Shown here: in pieces, positions 26,151-38,959 of the stretch | How the letters are laid out: the number at the start of each line of letters is the position of its first letter | How positions within the stretch are numbered: position 1 is the first letter of the stretch | Source: Okamejei kenojei | Lineage: Eukaryota | DNA: 64,000 nt | Assembly: GCA_035221665.1 (NCBI GenBank) | Contig: CM069140.1 | Span: 14,632,001-14,696,000 of the forward strand | Direction of reading: 5' to 3' | Translations under genes and position numbers: made by a program | The notes under the pieces: generated by a model | The model's input: the letters and a program-made list of their open reading frames with translations, nothing else | The model's database searches: none | What the model was told of the DNA's origin: nothing

Positions 26151-29100
26151 TTGGCTTCACCTTCAGTGCTGTAGCATAAACCGGTCTGTGATGATAAAGT
26201 GAAGGTCCCATCAAAATAAAGAGAAATGTACCATTAAATGGAACGGTTGCTGAGCAACCACAATATTCTCTACTTCCTTAAAACAAATAGTAAAGCATTA
26301 GATCTAAGCACAAAGTGCTGGAAATTCGCCTGCCCTTTCTCTTCACCTGCTGCATGAACCCCTGAGTTCCTCCAACACTGTGTGTTTTGCCCAAGATTCC
26401 AGCATGTGCATTTCCTTGCATCTCCAACCAATAGATCCAGGTTAGACACAAAATACTGGAGTAACTCAACGGTTCAGGCAGCATCTCTGGAGAGAAGGAA
26501 TGGGTGACGTTTCGGGTCGAGACCCTTCTTCTGAAACGTCACCCATTCCTTCTATTCAGAGATGCTGCCTGTCCCGCTCAGTTACTCCAGCATTTTGTGT
26601 CTGTCTTTGGTGTAAACCAGTACCTGCAGTTCCTTCCTGCACAACAGAGCCAGGAGTTCTGCAACTAATGACATTTCTCTTGGCTCAGATCACCCCATCA
26701 CTGATGCTTTTTTAAGCCTTTAAAACATGCTTTGCCTTAGTGATGGGGTGATAATTGGGCCCCGTTTACTTAAACATGTAATTCAGCAACAAATCACTCC
26801 CTTGAGTGGTTCATTCTCTCTGAGAAGACAGACGGATTTCCCCAAGGTTCAACTGAATCACACATTGTAAGCAGTGCTAAACATTTTATGGTTTTTAGGG
26901 AAATCCACAAGAGGTTACATTTGATTCTGAAACATGCTGAGTAAATTCTGCTTCAAAATGTATTTACACTAAGTTTAGCATTAATGCAGAGAGGCCTCAC
27001 TCTCACATGATGTTAAGCTTGTGATGTTTGGACGGGTACATGAGTAGGAAAGGATTAGAGGCATATGGGCCAAATGCAGGCAGGTAGGACAATGGGGCAT
27101 TTTGGTTGGTAAGGTTAAATTGGGCCGAAGGGCCTGTATCCATGTTGTATGCCTTTATGTGCAAATTAAGAATACCAAACCAAATCCGGGATTAAATGCT
27201 GTGAGTGTAGGTGAAACTGCAGATGCTGGTTTACACCGAAGATGGACACAAAATGCTGGAGCAACTCAACAGATCAGGCAGCATCTCTGGAGAGAAGGAA
27301 TAAGTGACGTTTCAGGTCAGAACAGTTCTTCATCTGCTGTGAGATTCTTTTCTAACAAAATCCCACTCATAATTTAGTAATTATCAAATTCAGACTACGT
27401 TTACGCTATTACTCCACCAAAATACAAAGTGCTGGGGGAGGTCAGTGGGTCAGGCAGCATCCGTGGAGGGAATGGACTGACAGTGTTTTGGCTCGGACCC
27501 TATCTAAACATGTCTGGAGAAGGGTACCGACCCAAAATGGTGTCTGTCCATTCCCACCACAGATGCTGCAGCCTGACTCGCTGAGTTCCTCCAGCACTTT
27601 TGTGTTTTCCTCAAGATTCTGGCATCTGCAGTTCCTTTGTGTCTCATTAACTCAAACTTAAGTCAGTGGAAAAATTAGATGGTTGCTCAGAGAGTCTACT
27701 CCAAATACCCCACACAACATATTAATAAACATATTAATAAAGATTTACATTCCTTTGATGGTAGTTGCAGTAAGTATCTAATATATCTCTCTGGCCAAAA
27801 AAATCCCTGATCTCCAAGTCAGTATTTCGCTAGTGGGTTAAGACTGATCATTAAGAAATCGTGTTAATTAAGTGCTATTTCTTATTGCTGCTTTTAACTT
27901 GAACAAAATTGTAATAATCATAAGTAGAACAACTGAGCACATTTTTTATTTTCTAATTCTATAAGTATTTATATTGAAGGCTCTGGTTGTTTATTTTATA
28001 TATGCCCATTTATAAATATTGTCTATTTTTCCTGTTGTATGAAATTATATTTTTGACTGGAAGTGAGACGGCCTGAATAAAGCATGATGTTAGCGCATTG
28101 TCAGGTAGCCACATGGGGTTGGATCGGCAAGCTTGCTACTATTTATGATGTTATTATAAATAATGGAGTTGCCCTGGTCAGAGGAAGCACAGACCAAGTG
28201 GAAATATAAAATGCACACAAAATAAAGTCTGAACACTGGTTTATTGAAAGAGTGGAAAAAAATATAGCCAAGGCAATACCTGGGTTGTTTAAGTCAATGC
28301 CTTGCCTTTTCCTTGCTTGTACGTAGAATTCCTGTATCTTCACTGTCGTGGGACTATAAAATTCCTCAATATTCATAAAATTTATAAAATAGAATGTGTG
28401 TGAACTAGATTTCCGATATTTCTCATTTATATTCTTTATTACTAACTTCACCAACCATGACTGCCATTCTGTGTCTCATCTCTGTGTCTGCGTTCATTTG
28501 GTTAAACCATTCATCATTTGGCTTATGGGAATGGCCAGTATTGTTTTTGCCTCTCGCTGCATGTATGGGAATCCACACTTTTGGGGTGGGCGCCCAGTGT
28601 TATCATTTGAAACCTTAATAAATGCACCATCATTGTTGTATCTGTGTGTCTCCATTTCTTGCGCTCTGTTTAATGTTGAACACGTGCACTGATAAAATAC
28701 ACACTGGAGTGAAATACCCTCTGTGTATAGGTGCTTGTATAATTCGTTGCGATCATTCTGGTCGCGTTATTGTACAACGCTCCCGATCCGTATTTGCCTG
28801 CGTCTCCAAATTCTTCCTGGACTACACCACTTTATTTTGTATTAATAGTTCTAACTTAATTTCGGTTACAAAGAAAGGACAGACGAATAGAGTTCAATGC
28901 TTCCCTGTGTGGAATCACATCAGTACGGGCACAAATTGTCTTTGTATTCAATCTCTATTAAACCAGCAGTACTATTTGCTTTGTATGGTGAAAGGGATGT
29001 TGAATATCAGAATAGAAGTAGTTAAACAGACATGGAAACACATGGGTAAATTACTGGCCATGTATTCAGAGACCAACAATATTTTAGATAAAAAAACGAG

Positions 29101-32099
29101 GTGCGGGGGGAGCTCAGTGAGTTATCTAGTGAGAGAGTCTAGGACTAGAGGTCATAACCTCAGAATTAAAGGACGTTCCTTTAGGAAGAAGATGAGGAGG
29201 AATTTATTTCGTCAGAGGGCGGTGAATCTGTGGAATTCATTGCCACAGAAGGCTGTGGAGGCCAAGTCAATGGATATTTTTAAGACAGAGATAGATAGAT
29301 TCTTGATTAGTAGGGATGTCAGGGATTATGGGGAGAAGGCAAGAGAATAGGGTTAGGATGGAGAGATGGATCAATGGCGGAGTAGACTTGATGGGCCGAA
29401 TGGCCTAATTCTGCTCCTATCACAAGAACTTATCTGTCTATTCTGTCCACAGATACCACCAGACCAACTGAGATACTCCAGCGCTTTGTGTTTTGTTCAA
29501 GATTCCAGCATGTGCAGTTTCTTGTGCCTCTATTTAAAATAAATCTTCCATCAACAGCTAGGAAACGAAAACTACCACACTGTCATTGAAACCCAAAGTT
29601 AGACACAAAGTGCTGGAGTAGCTCAGAGGGTCAGGCAGCATCTTTGGAGAATATGGATAGGTGATTTTTCGGGTCATGACCCCCCCCCCTTCAGACGAGT
29701 AACAAGACAAGGGATCCGTAAATTCTACACAAAATGCCGGTGGGAATTTTTTTTAGAGATATGCACCTTTGCTTTGTTCAGTTGTGGAATGTTTCCTGAT
29801 ATTCAACAGATGGAGATACTTTTCATCAGTATCCACACAATCTGTGTGATCACCAACAACTGGTGCATGTGAATGCAGTCACCCCCTGCCTTAATGGCCT
29901 CGTGTGGAAATCATATCCGGGCGGTGTCTGTCTTAATGATTTCAGAGATAGGGATTATCCACTGTAAAGGTATCTGTGATCAAACTGCTATGCAATTTCA
30001 CACAGACCTCAGTGAAAGCAGGACACAACGTGCTTGAGTAACTCAGTGGGTCAGGCACCATCCCTGGAGAACATGGATAGGTGACGTTGTGGGTGGGGAC
30101 CCTTCTTCAGTCCTCCGCAAACTTCATGCCTTGAAACATATTTGAGAACCAGCCATATCAGGCACATCCCGGGCGGCACGGTGGCGCAGCGGAGAGTTGC
30201 TGCCTTCCAGCGTCGGGGACCCGGGTTCAGTCCCGACTATGGGTGCTGTCTGTACGACTTTTGGATATTTTCCTGTGGCCCCGTGGGATTTCTCCCGTGC
30301 TCCAGTTCGCTCTCCCAAACCACAGACGAGTAGGTTATTGTAGGTTCATTGGCCTCTGTAAATTGTCCCTAGTATGTAGGGAGTGGATGCGGCGATACAG
30401 TTTTGAACGCTATTTAGGTTTAGTTTATTGTCACAGGTACAGGATAAAGGGAATAATGTTAAGTGCAAGATAAAGCCCAGTAAAGTCAGATTAAAGATAG
30501 TCTGAGGGTCTCCAGAGAGGTAGATGGTAGGTCAGGACCACTCTCTAATAGAAACATAGAATCATAGAAAATAGGTGCAGGAGGAGGCCATTCGGCCCTT
30601 CGAGTCAGCTCCGCCATTCAATGTGATCATGCCTGCCTTCTCCCCATATCCCTTGATTCCACTAGCCCCTAGAGCTCTATCAACTCTCTTAAATCCATCC
30701 AGTGATTTGGCCTCCGCTGCCCTCTGTGGCAGGGAATTCCACAAATCCACAACCCTCTGGGTGAAAACGTTTTTTTTTCTCACCTCAGTCTTAAATGGCC
30801 TCCCCTTTATTCTAAGACTGTGGCCCCTGGTTCTGGACTCGCCCAACATTGGGAGCATTTTTTCCTGCATCTAGCTTGTCCAGTCCTTTTATAATTTTAT
30901 ATGTTTCTATAAGATCTCCCCTCATTCCTTCTAAACTCCAGTGAGTCTAGTTGCAGTTGCCTGATAACAGCTGGGAAGAAACCGTCCCTGAATCTGGAGG
31001 TGTGTGTTTTCCCACTTCTGTTCCGATGCATTGATGTTCATCCAGATGCCGTGGTGATCAGCGGTTGATGGAAGAGTGGATGGGAATGGTCAGGCAATGG
31101 GGAGTTAATGTTCCATTCACTGAAAACCGTCTTGGACCTTGCCACGAGCACGGGCAAACTCTGGTACAAATGTACACCTGTACTTAGATCACCATTATTG
31201 GCACTAAAAACAGATGTACCAGGACTGAATTTTACATTGTAGGGCAGCATAGTGGAGGAAAGGGCGGCGCCTCACAGCACCAGAGACCCGGGTTTGATCC
31301 TGACTACAGGTGCTGTCTGTATGGAATTTGTCTGTTCTCTCTGTGACCGCATAGGTTTTCACCGGGTGCCCTGGTTTCCACCCGCATTCCAAAGACGGAC
31401 AGGCTTGCAGGCTAATTGGCTTGGGAGAATTGTAAGTTGTCCCGAGTGTGTAGAATAGTGCTCGTGTGCAGGGATCGATCGCTGGTTGGCGCAGTCTCGG
31501 TGTGGCCGAAGGGTCTCTTTCCACGCTGTGTCTCTCAACTAAACTAAAATGATAGACACAAGATGCCAGAGTAACTCAGCGAGTCAGGCAGCAACTCTGG
31601 AGAAAAAGAATAGGTGTCGTTTGTGGTTGGAATTCCTCCTCGGACCGGAATTCTAAACTTCTGAATTTTACAATCTCCACGTATGCTCAGTAACACTACA
31701 TTGAAGCATTAACGTTCAATACCGTGCAATGGTGGAGAGAAGTTTATTCCTGGATTTCCACCTAGATTTTAATTTCATTTTCACGTGCTGGAGGAACTCA
31801 GCGGGTCAGGCAACATCTGTGGAGGGAATGGGCATGCGATGTTTCATTTCCGGACCATTCTTCAGATTGTAAAATGATTCGGACCCGAAACATCACTAGG
31901 CCATTCCCTCCGGCAATGCTGCCTGACCCTCAGAGTTCCTGCAGCCATCTTGTTCAAGACTGCACCATCGATTGTTCCTCGTGTCTCTTCAGAGATTCAG
32001 TCAGAGTAAGGCTTCACGAATCTTCGCTATGTGAGTGATCAACACTACACTGGTTTTACAAAGGTCAGGTCCTCATGGTTTGAAATATGACTCACTTCA

Positions 32100-32530
32100 C
32101 AGAGAGAGGTGTGTGTGTGTGCGTACACGTGTGTGTGTGTGTGTGAGGGAGAGAGAGGGAGGGAGAGTGTGGGTGTGTGGTGTGAGTGAGTGTGTGAGAA
32201 TGTGCAAGTGTACATGAGAGAGTGTGAGAGAGGGAATGCATGTGTGCATGAGAGTAAGTGTGAAAGAATGTGAGAGTGGGTGAATGTGTGAGAGGGAGTG
32301 AGTGAGTGTGTGTGTGTGTGGTGTGTGAGAGCGCACAGCATTTGTGTGTCTATGAGTGTGGATAAGTGTGCGTGAGAGTGCAAGTGTGTAAAAGAGTGTA
32401 AATGGGGTGAGAATGTGTGAGAGTGCGTGTGTAAAAGAGTGTGCATGTGTGTGTGTGTGAGAGAGAGTGGGTCTGTGTGTGGCGTGTGAGAGAGAGTGCA
32501 TGTAAGTGTGTTTGTGCGCATGTTTGTGAG
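32100..32530. repeat. Degenerate (GT/GA)n microsatellite tract
   Basis: Long run of gtgt/gaga dinucleotides, producing spurious His/Thr-rich ORFs. Confidence 0.9.
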
Positions 32531-34744
32531 TGCCGGTCGTAAATAAAACATAACACAGCTTCCTGGCGAATGGGCCGTCAATGTTACATTAAAAGGAACA
32601 ACGTAACCTGGTGAACAATGAATAGGAATAAGGTAAAAATGATGATCAGTCAGTGAGAGAGTTGGGCAAGAAGGGAGAGTGGGACTTTGCAATGAATGGA
32701 ATGTGTAACCAAAGCGAAGATGAAAGGCAGGGAGAGAAAGGAAGGATTGGGCAGAGATATGTTGAATAAAAGGCATTAGCTAACGTGCCTGTCAGGAGAA
32801 GTCTCCATGTCTGAGGTCTTTGGCATTTTCTGGAGATTAAAATGATAATGCTTTGATTCATCACACACAGAGACTGGCTGCCAGCCCTCAGCTCGTTAAG
32901 CATCCCTGTGAGCAGGCACATTGGTGGGAGAGAGAGAGCAGTTTCAAACCTCGAGAACTATAAAATCTGCACGCAGATTTTATAGTTCTCGATTTGAATT
33001 GTGAAGAATTGAATTGTGTTGAATTCTCAGATTTGAATTGTGAAGAATTATGAACTATCAAAAGCCACACTACAAACACCAATTACATTTCAAACTACAA
33101 ACTGTCTTGTTGGACAAAGAACTTCAGGCTTTAGTGTTAAAGAAGGAACTGCAGATGCTGGAGAATCGAGGGTACACAAAAGGCTGGAGAAACTCAGCGG
33201 GTGCAGCAGCATCTAAGGAGCGAAGGAGAAGGAGGGTCTCGACCCGAAACGTCGCCTATCTCCTTCGCTCCTTAGATGCTGCTGCACCCGCTGAGTTTCT
33301 CCTGCCTTTTGTGTACCCTCAGGCTTTAGTTTTATGTTGCAGAATATTTAGACATTAGTTTGGAGATATAGCTCAGAAACAGGAGCTGCGGCCCATCAAG
33401 TCCACATCAACCAGCGATCACCTCATACACTATCCTGCCCACTGGGGCCAATTCACAATTTACAGAAGCCAATTAACCTTCAATCCCGCACATTATTGGA
33501 ATGTAGGAGGAAACCGGAGCAGCTGGAAAAAACCCACGCGGTCACAGTGAGAATGTGCACACTGCGTACAGACAGCACCCGTAGTCAGGATCGAACCCGG
33601 GTCCCTGGCACTGTTTTTCTGCGTTTTCATTTCATTTTGTTATCTATGACTAATGTGTTTTTAGACCTGTTGTGCTGCCGCAAGTAAGAACTTCATCGTT
33701 CTGTTTCGGTCCATGTGACAATAAACCACTCCTGACTCTTGACCAGGGAACATAAAGATTACTGGCCATAGACACAAAAAGCTGGAGTGACTCAGCGGGA
33801 CAGGCAGCGTAGCCTGGTGAACGATGAATAGGAATAAGGTGAAAATGATGATCAGCCAGTGAGAGAGTTGGGCAAGAAGGGAGAGTGGGACTTTGCAATG
33901 AATGGAATGTGTAAATGGAATTAAGGGACTGGAGAGAAGGAATGGGTGACGTATCGGGTCGAGACCCTTCTTCTCCACCCGAAACGTCACCCATACCTTC
34001 TTTCGAGAGATGCTGCCTGTCTCCAGCTTTTTGTGTCTATCTTTGGTTTAAACCAGCATCTGCAGATCCTTCCCACACATAGAGATTACTGGCAATGCAC
34101 TGTGAATGATTTGATGGTGTTACTTAATAAGCGGGTGGTTTTAATATACCAGGGAGAGTGAGGGGCTGAATGTGGGATTTGTTCACTGAATGCCTGCAAT
34201 GTGGGCAAGTTTTGATCTGCTAGTTACATATATATTTTATATCTGCTATGTAAAGCACTTTGACAATAATTTGAGTTTTATCTTGAAGGCATGTCTAGGT
34301 CATCCGTCATCTGCTCTAACAGAACATTTCATTTGGAAGAATTTTTGATATTTCATAGAAATGAAATTAATTTAATGTTCCTCCCATTCTCCCCTTCCTA
34401 ACTGTTGTAAATGTACGGGTGTGTAGAAATAGGAGTGGAGCGAAGGGCCTGTTCCCAAGCTGTATCTCTAATCTGATCCACTTGTACATTCACCCACGAG
34501 TTCATGAATTGCGCCACTTCTCAAAATACCTTGAGAAAACCCACTGAGCAACAATGATCAGATTTAATCAAACAATCAATTTACTGCCACCTTCACAAGC
34601 ATCTTGATGACAAGATTCAGGGCAAAGCATTAACACAAAGCTCGCTGCTCTATGCTCTTGAAAAGAAAGTAGCTCTTAATTTTTTTTTTGGATTAAAGTT
34701 TAAGATTGTTTTTTAAGGCAGGCCCAAGCCAGCAAAGGGGGGGG

Positions 34745-35136
34745 CCTTGCAGTCGGTGACGCCACAGGTTTCAGCCCTGCCTCTGCTCAGGTGTGGCAGT
34801 AACTTGACACCTGAGCCAGGTATCGGGTGGGTTCTGACAGAAATCGCTGGTTTTCAAAACTCACAGACAGAAACTAGCAGTCAAACCGGAAGCAGGGCTC
34901 AACGCAGAGAGGAGGAATATGTTCAAAAGAAGATCCAATGTCTTATGATTCTGAATAATCAACCACGCAGCTAAAGAACCAGGCATTAGTACGCTGCTGG
35001 CGTGCAGGTAACTCGTCACGCTGAACTGCAAGGTTCCTGTTGAAGGGTTTTAAGTTCCCCAGGACCGATCCCTTCAGAAATATTGCTCTAAACTTTGTGG
35101 ACTGGATTTTGAGCTGTGTAGCTATGGACTCGTAGG
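34745..35136 (+). promoter_or_regulatory. Putative promoter/5'UTR of the nested CRB3-like unit
   Basis: Repeat-free, locally GC/CpG-richer segment upstream of ATG 35137. TGACGC 34757; GRHL-like ACAGGTTT 34764; E/Z-boxes CAGGTG 34788, CACCTG 34808, CAGGTA 34817 and 35005; GGGTGGG 34825; ETS ACCGGAAG 34885. Confidence 0.45.
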
Positions 35137-35218
35137 ATGGAAGAACGATTTCTCCCTGGTTGTGGTTGGCTACTGGCCACATTACTTCTGCTGAAGGAAG
35201 GAGTTTTGCTCACACAAG
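35137..35218 (+). CDS. Nested CRB3-like unit, coding exon 1 (signal peptide)
   Basis: aggATGG strong Kozak. MEERFLPGCGWLLATLLLLKEGVLLTQ plus G|gtaatg; 82 nt, phase 1. Hydrophobic core typical of a signal peptide. Confidence 0.72.
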
Positions 35219-37079
35219 GTAATGAAACGTTTGCGAAAAGTAAAGGAAGTTACAGAAGTGGAAATGTACTTTTCCAGACCGTGCTGGATCGGATCATGGC
35301 AGAGGAAGTTAGTCTTAAAGTGTTAAGGAAGGAACTGCAGATGCTGGAGAATCGAGGGTACACAAAAGGCTGGAGAAACTCAGCGGGTGCAGCAGAATCT
35401 AAGGAGCGAAGGAGATAGGCGACGTTTCGGGTCGAGACCCTTCTTCAGGAAGTTAGTCAATGCTCGATATCACATTGAGAGAGTCATGCAACGTGGAAAC
35501 ACACCTTTCAACCCACTATGTCCAGTGCTGGCCATTAATGTTAATCTATCCCATATTCCACCATTTGGCATAATGTTCTACTGCATGGTTTAGCTTTAGT
35601 TCAGAGATACAGCATGAAAACAGGCCCTTCAGCCTACCCGAGGCCACGCAGACCACTAATCACCCATTCACACTAGTTCTAGTTCTATGTCCCTCTTTCT
35701 CATCCACTCCTTACACACTGGGGGCAATTTACAGAGGACCAATTAACCTACAAGCCTGCAAGTCTTGGGGTGTGGGTGGAATGCGGAGCACCCGGAGGAA
35801 CCCCACGCTGTCACAGGGAGAACATGCAAACTCCACACAGACAGGACCCAAGGTCAGGGTCGAACCTGTGTCCTTTGGCGATGTGAGGCAGCAGCTCTAC
35901 CACTCTGCTGGTGAATATATTTTTATTGGTGCATTTTGATCGAGTCTGTACCAAAAGCGAAGGTAGCTTGTGAGCAGCAAGGAAATCGTTTTAGGATGCA
36001 CAGTTTTTGAATAGAAATGTTGCCTTTGGTATCCCGATATAATCAAATTATTATATATTTCCACAAAGAAGTTTGTGCTAACTTGTCAATGTAGCGCTAA
36101 AAATAATTTTCATTTTGTATTTTAATAGTTGGCACCACTCTCTGGGAAAATATAATAATTGTAATATTTAATGTGGGATTAATTAAAGAAACAATAATTA
36201 CACATGAGATTAGCTGTGGGGAAAGATATTCCAAACATGTCAGCTCCATGCATTATCTCTTTTCCTCTTGTAGTAATGGAGATTAATCCTTGTGGTTAGA
36301 GTGGTGTACACATTCGCATCATAGCCATCGGGGTGACACAGTGGTAGAGTTGCTGCCTCACAGCACCAAACACCTTGGGTTCAATCCTAACTTTGGGTGC
36401 TGTGTTGTACATTCTCCCTACAGGGGTTTCCACCTCGAGTTCCTTCCTACACTCCAAAGACGTGCAGGTCTGTTGGTTAATTGGTTTTGGCAGTGTCCCT
36501 AGTGTGTAGGACAGTGCGCGTGTACGGTGAACGCTGGCCGGTGTGGACTCAGTGAGCCGAAGGCCTTGTATTTCTAAAGTTTCAAGATCATTTCACTGTG
36601 CACTCGGACCAAAATATTCAGCCCTGTTCCGTTCCAAGTAAGTTACTGTTCCAATTCCCGATCTGAACATATGTTTTGAGTGCATAGTGAAATGACTCGA
36701 GGGCTTGAGCTATACGGAGAGGCTAGGGCAATCCCTTGGCACGCTGGAGGCTGGGGGCTGATCTTATGGAGGTGTATCAACTCATGAGGGGAAGGCACAG
36801 AGCCTTTTACCCAGGGTAGGGGAATCAAGAACCAGAGGACATAGGTTTAAACTTTCTTTGGAGAATTGTTGGACTGAATTATTTCTACATTTTTGTAAAA
36901 ATACATTTGAACGAGTAACTATTCTAATTCACAAAGCAAATGAGTAACAAGCCCAATTAAGCCCATTCTGAGTCCAAATAGCTCACAGTTCTCAGTTCTC
37001 ACACAACAATGTACAGGGAAAAGCTTTGTTTTGCGAGCTGTGCAATCAGATAATAGTGCACGTGTTGTGGACAATAGTG

Positions 37080-37400
37080 GGCGGCACGGTGGCCCAGCAG
37101 TAGAGCTGCTGCCTTACAGCCCTTGCAGGACCGGAGACCCGGGTTCGATCCTGACTACGGGCACTGTCTGTACGGAGTTTGCACGTTCTCTCCAAGACCT
37201 GCATGCTTTTTCTCTGAAATCTTCGGTTGCCTCCCCCACTCCAAAGACGTACAGGCTTGTAGGTTAATTGGCATTGTAAACGTAAAAATTGTCCCTAGTG
37301 TGTGTAGGGTAGTGTTAATGTGCGGGGATCGCTGGTCGGCGCGGACCCGGTGGGCTGAAGGGCCTGTTTCCGCGCTGTATCTCTAAACTCAACTAAACTT
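37080..37400 (+). mobile_element. tRNA-derived SINE (HE1/V-SINE-like), representative copy
   Basis: A-box-like ggcacggtggcccagcagtag and B-box gggttcgatcc, conserved core, CR1-like tail ccgaagggcctgtttcc and (aaact)n. Other copies at about 8895, 30170, 31250, 36330, 45245, 52775 (+) and 13000, 13700, 19400, 33450, 35700, 53600 (-). Confidence 0.8.
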
Positions 37401-38959
37401 GACTAAATAGTGAAGCTGAATGTGCAACTATATTACCTCTTCATCAAAATACATGTGGTCAAATTGCAAAATCTCAAAGGTTAAAATTCAAAAAATAGCA
37501 TAAGGTTTTAGGATAGTGATTTACACAACAGTGCTTACTCATACAACATACAAGTTACTCGTTTGGGCTGCATTCCATTTGTTAGAATCAAGAATCTGAA
37601 CATCAACCACAACGACCCAGCTGCAAACAACATCATTTTTCACATCACAATTTAATACATCCAGTTGTTCTTACTCAGATCTCCAAATTCACCTTGTAAC
37701 CACAACCCAGGGTACTAAATGCCAAGGAATCTATGCAACACAAAGTGACCTGTTCAAAAGATACCCCACTGGTCACAGGTTTCCAGTCACAAAAGCAACC
37801 CTCCACCATCACCTTCTCCCTCCAGTCACCAAAACAATTCCCGATCTACTTTGCCCAAGACCCCATGGGTTCTTACCTTTAGGACCAGTCCTCCACCTGT
37901 GATCTGCTTTGTTGGAGTCCATGTAGACAACACAAAAGGACACATTCCATGTTCTCCAGAGATGGCCAGTCCCCACTCTGCCCGACCCGCTGAGTTACTC
38001 CAGCACTTTGTGTCCTTTTGTGTACTAACAAGCTTCTGTAGTTCCTTGTCTCTCCATGTAGACTACTTTAACTGCACTGTTATAGTTGGCCACCTATTCC
38101 AAAAATGCAATCAAATTAGTAGTTAATGTCATCATCAACATACGTTTATGTTGATGATGACATTATCATTATCATTATCAAGATTTATTTTTTAAATCTT
38201 AAAAAATAATTTAATGCTACATTATTGATCAAAGTGCACATTGGGAAGTCATAATTAAAGGTGATCATGGAAATACCAGAGCATCGGTGAATCTTTGCCT
38301 GATCCCAGTCCACACGCGATTCCAGGCATAGCAAAGGGGGTCTGAAGAAGGATCCTGACTCGAAAAGTCGTTTGCCCATTCCCTCCACAGATGCTGCCTG
38401 ACCTGGTCCTCTTTTGTGTTTTGTTCAAGATTCCAGCATCCGCAGTTCCTTGTCTCTAATAAGCAAGGGGATTAACTCTTTCCTGCCCTCTGTGGTGGTC
38501 TGCCGGGATTCTAATGGGGCTTTTCATCTCTGACCTTTGTCCTATCACCTGCCTCTCAACCCCCCTCCACCTATTACTCACCAGACTTTGACCTCCTTCT
38601 CCCACTCCCGCCCCCGCCCCCCCCCCCCTACAATCAGTCTGCAGAAGGGTCCCAACCTGCAACGTCACCTATTCATGTTCTCCAGAGATGCTGCCTGACC
38701 CGCTGAGTTATTCCAGCACTTTGTGGCTTCTTCTGTCTGCATTTTGGGTTGTTAATCTTGTTGGCAAAATCCACAACTTGGGAATAAATTAAAATGTTGA
38801 AAAAAGGAACTGCAGATGCTCGATTACAAAACAAAAACACACAAAGGACTGGAGTAACTGAGCAAGTCAGGCAGCATCCCTGAAGATAAAGGAAAAAAGA
38901 CAATTCAGGTCGAAAAATCTCCTCGATTAAAATATTGAGTCATTATGCCAGCTGATAAT

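Noticed and set aside
28622-29350. 242-aa ORF
   Set aside because: No recognisable domain or splice context, and its C-terminal third is CR1 LINE sequence.
32045-32776. His/Thr-rich ORFs on the minus strand
   Set aside because: Translation of a (CA)n microsatellite.
35219-35418. Remainder of ORF 35137-35418
   Set aside because: Beyond the donor at 35218 it reads through intron and a repeat insertion. Only the first 82 nt look exonic.
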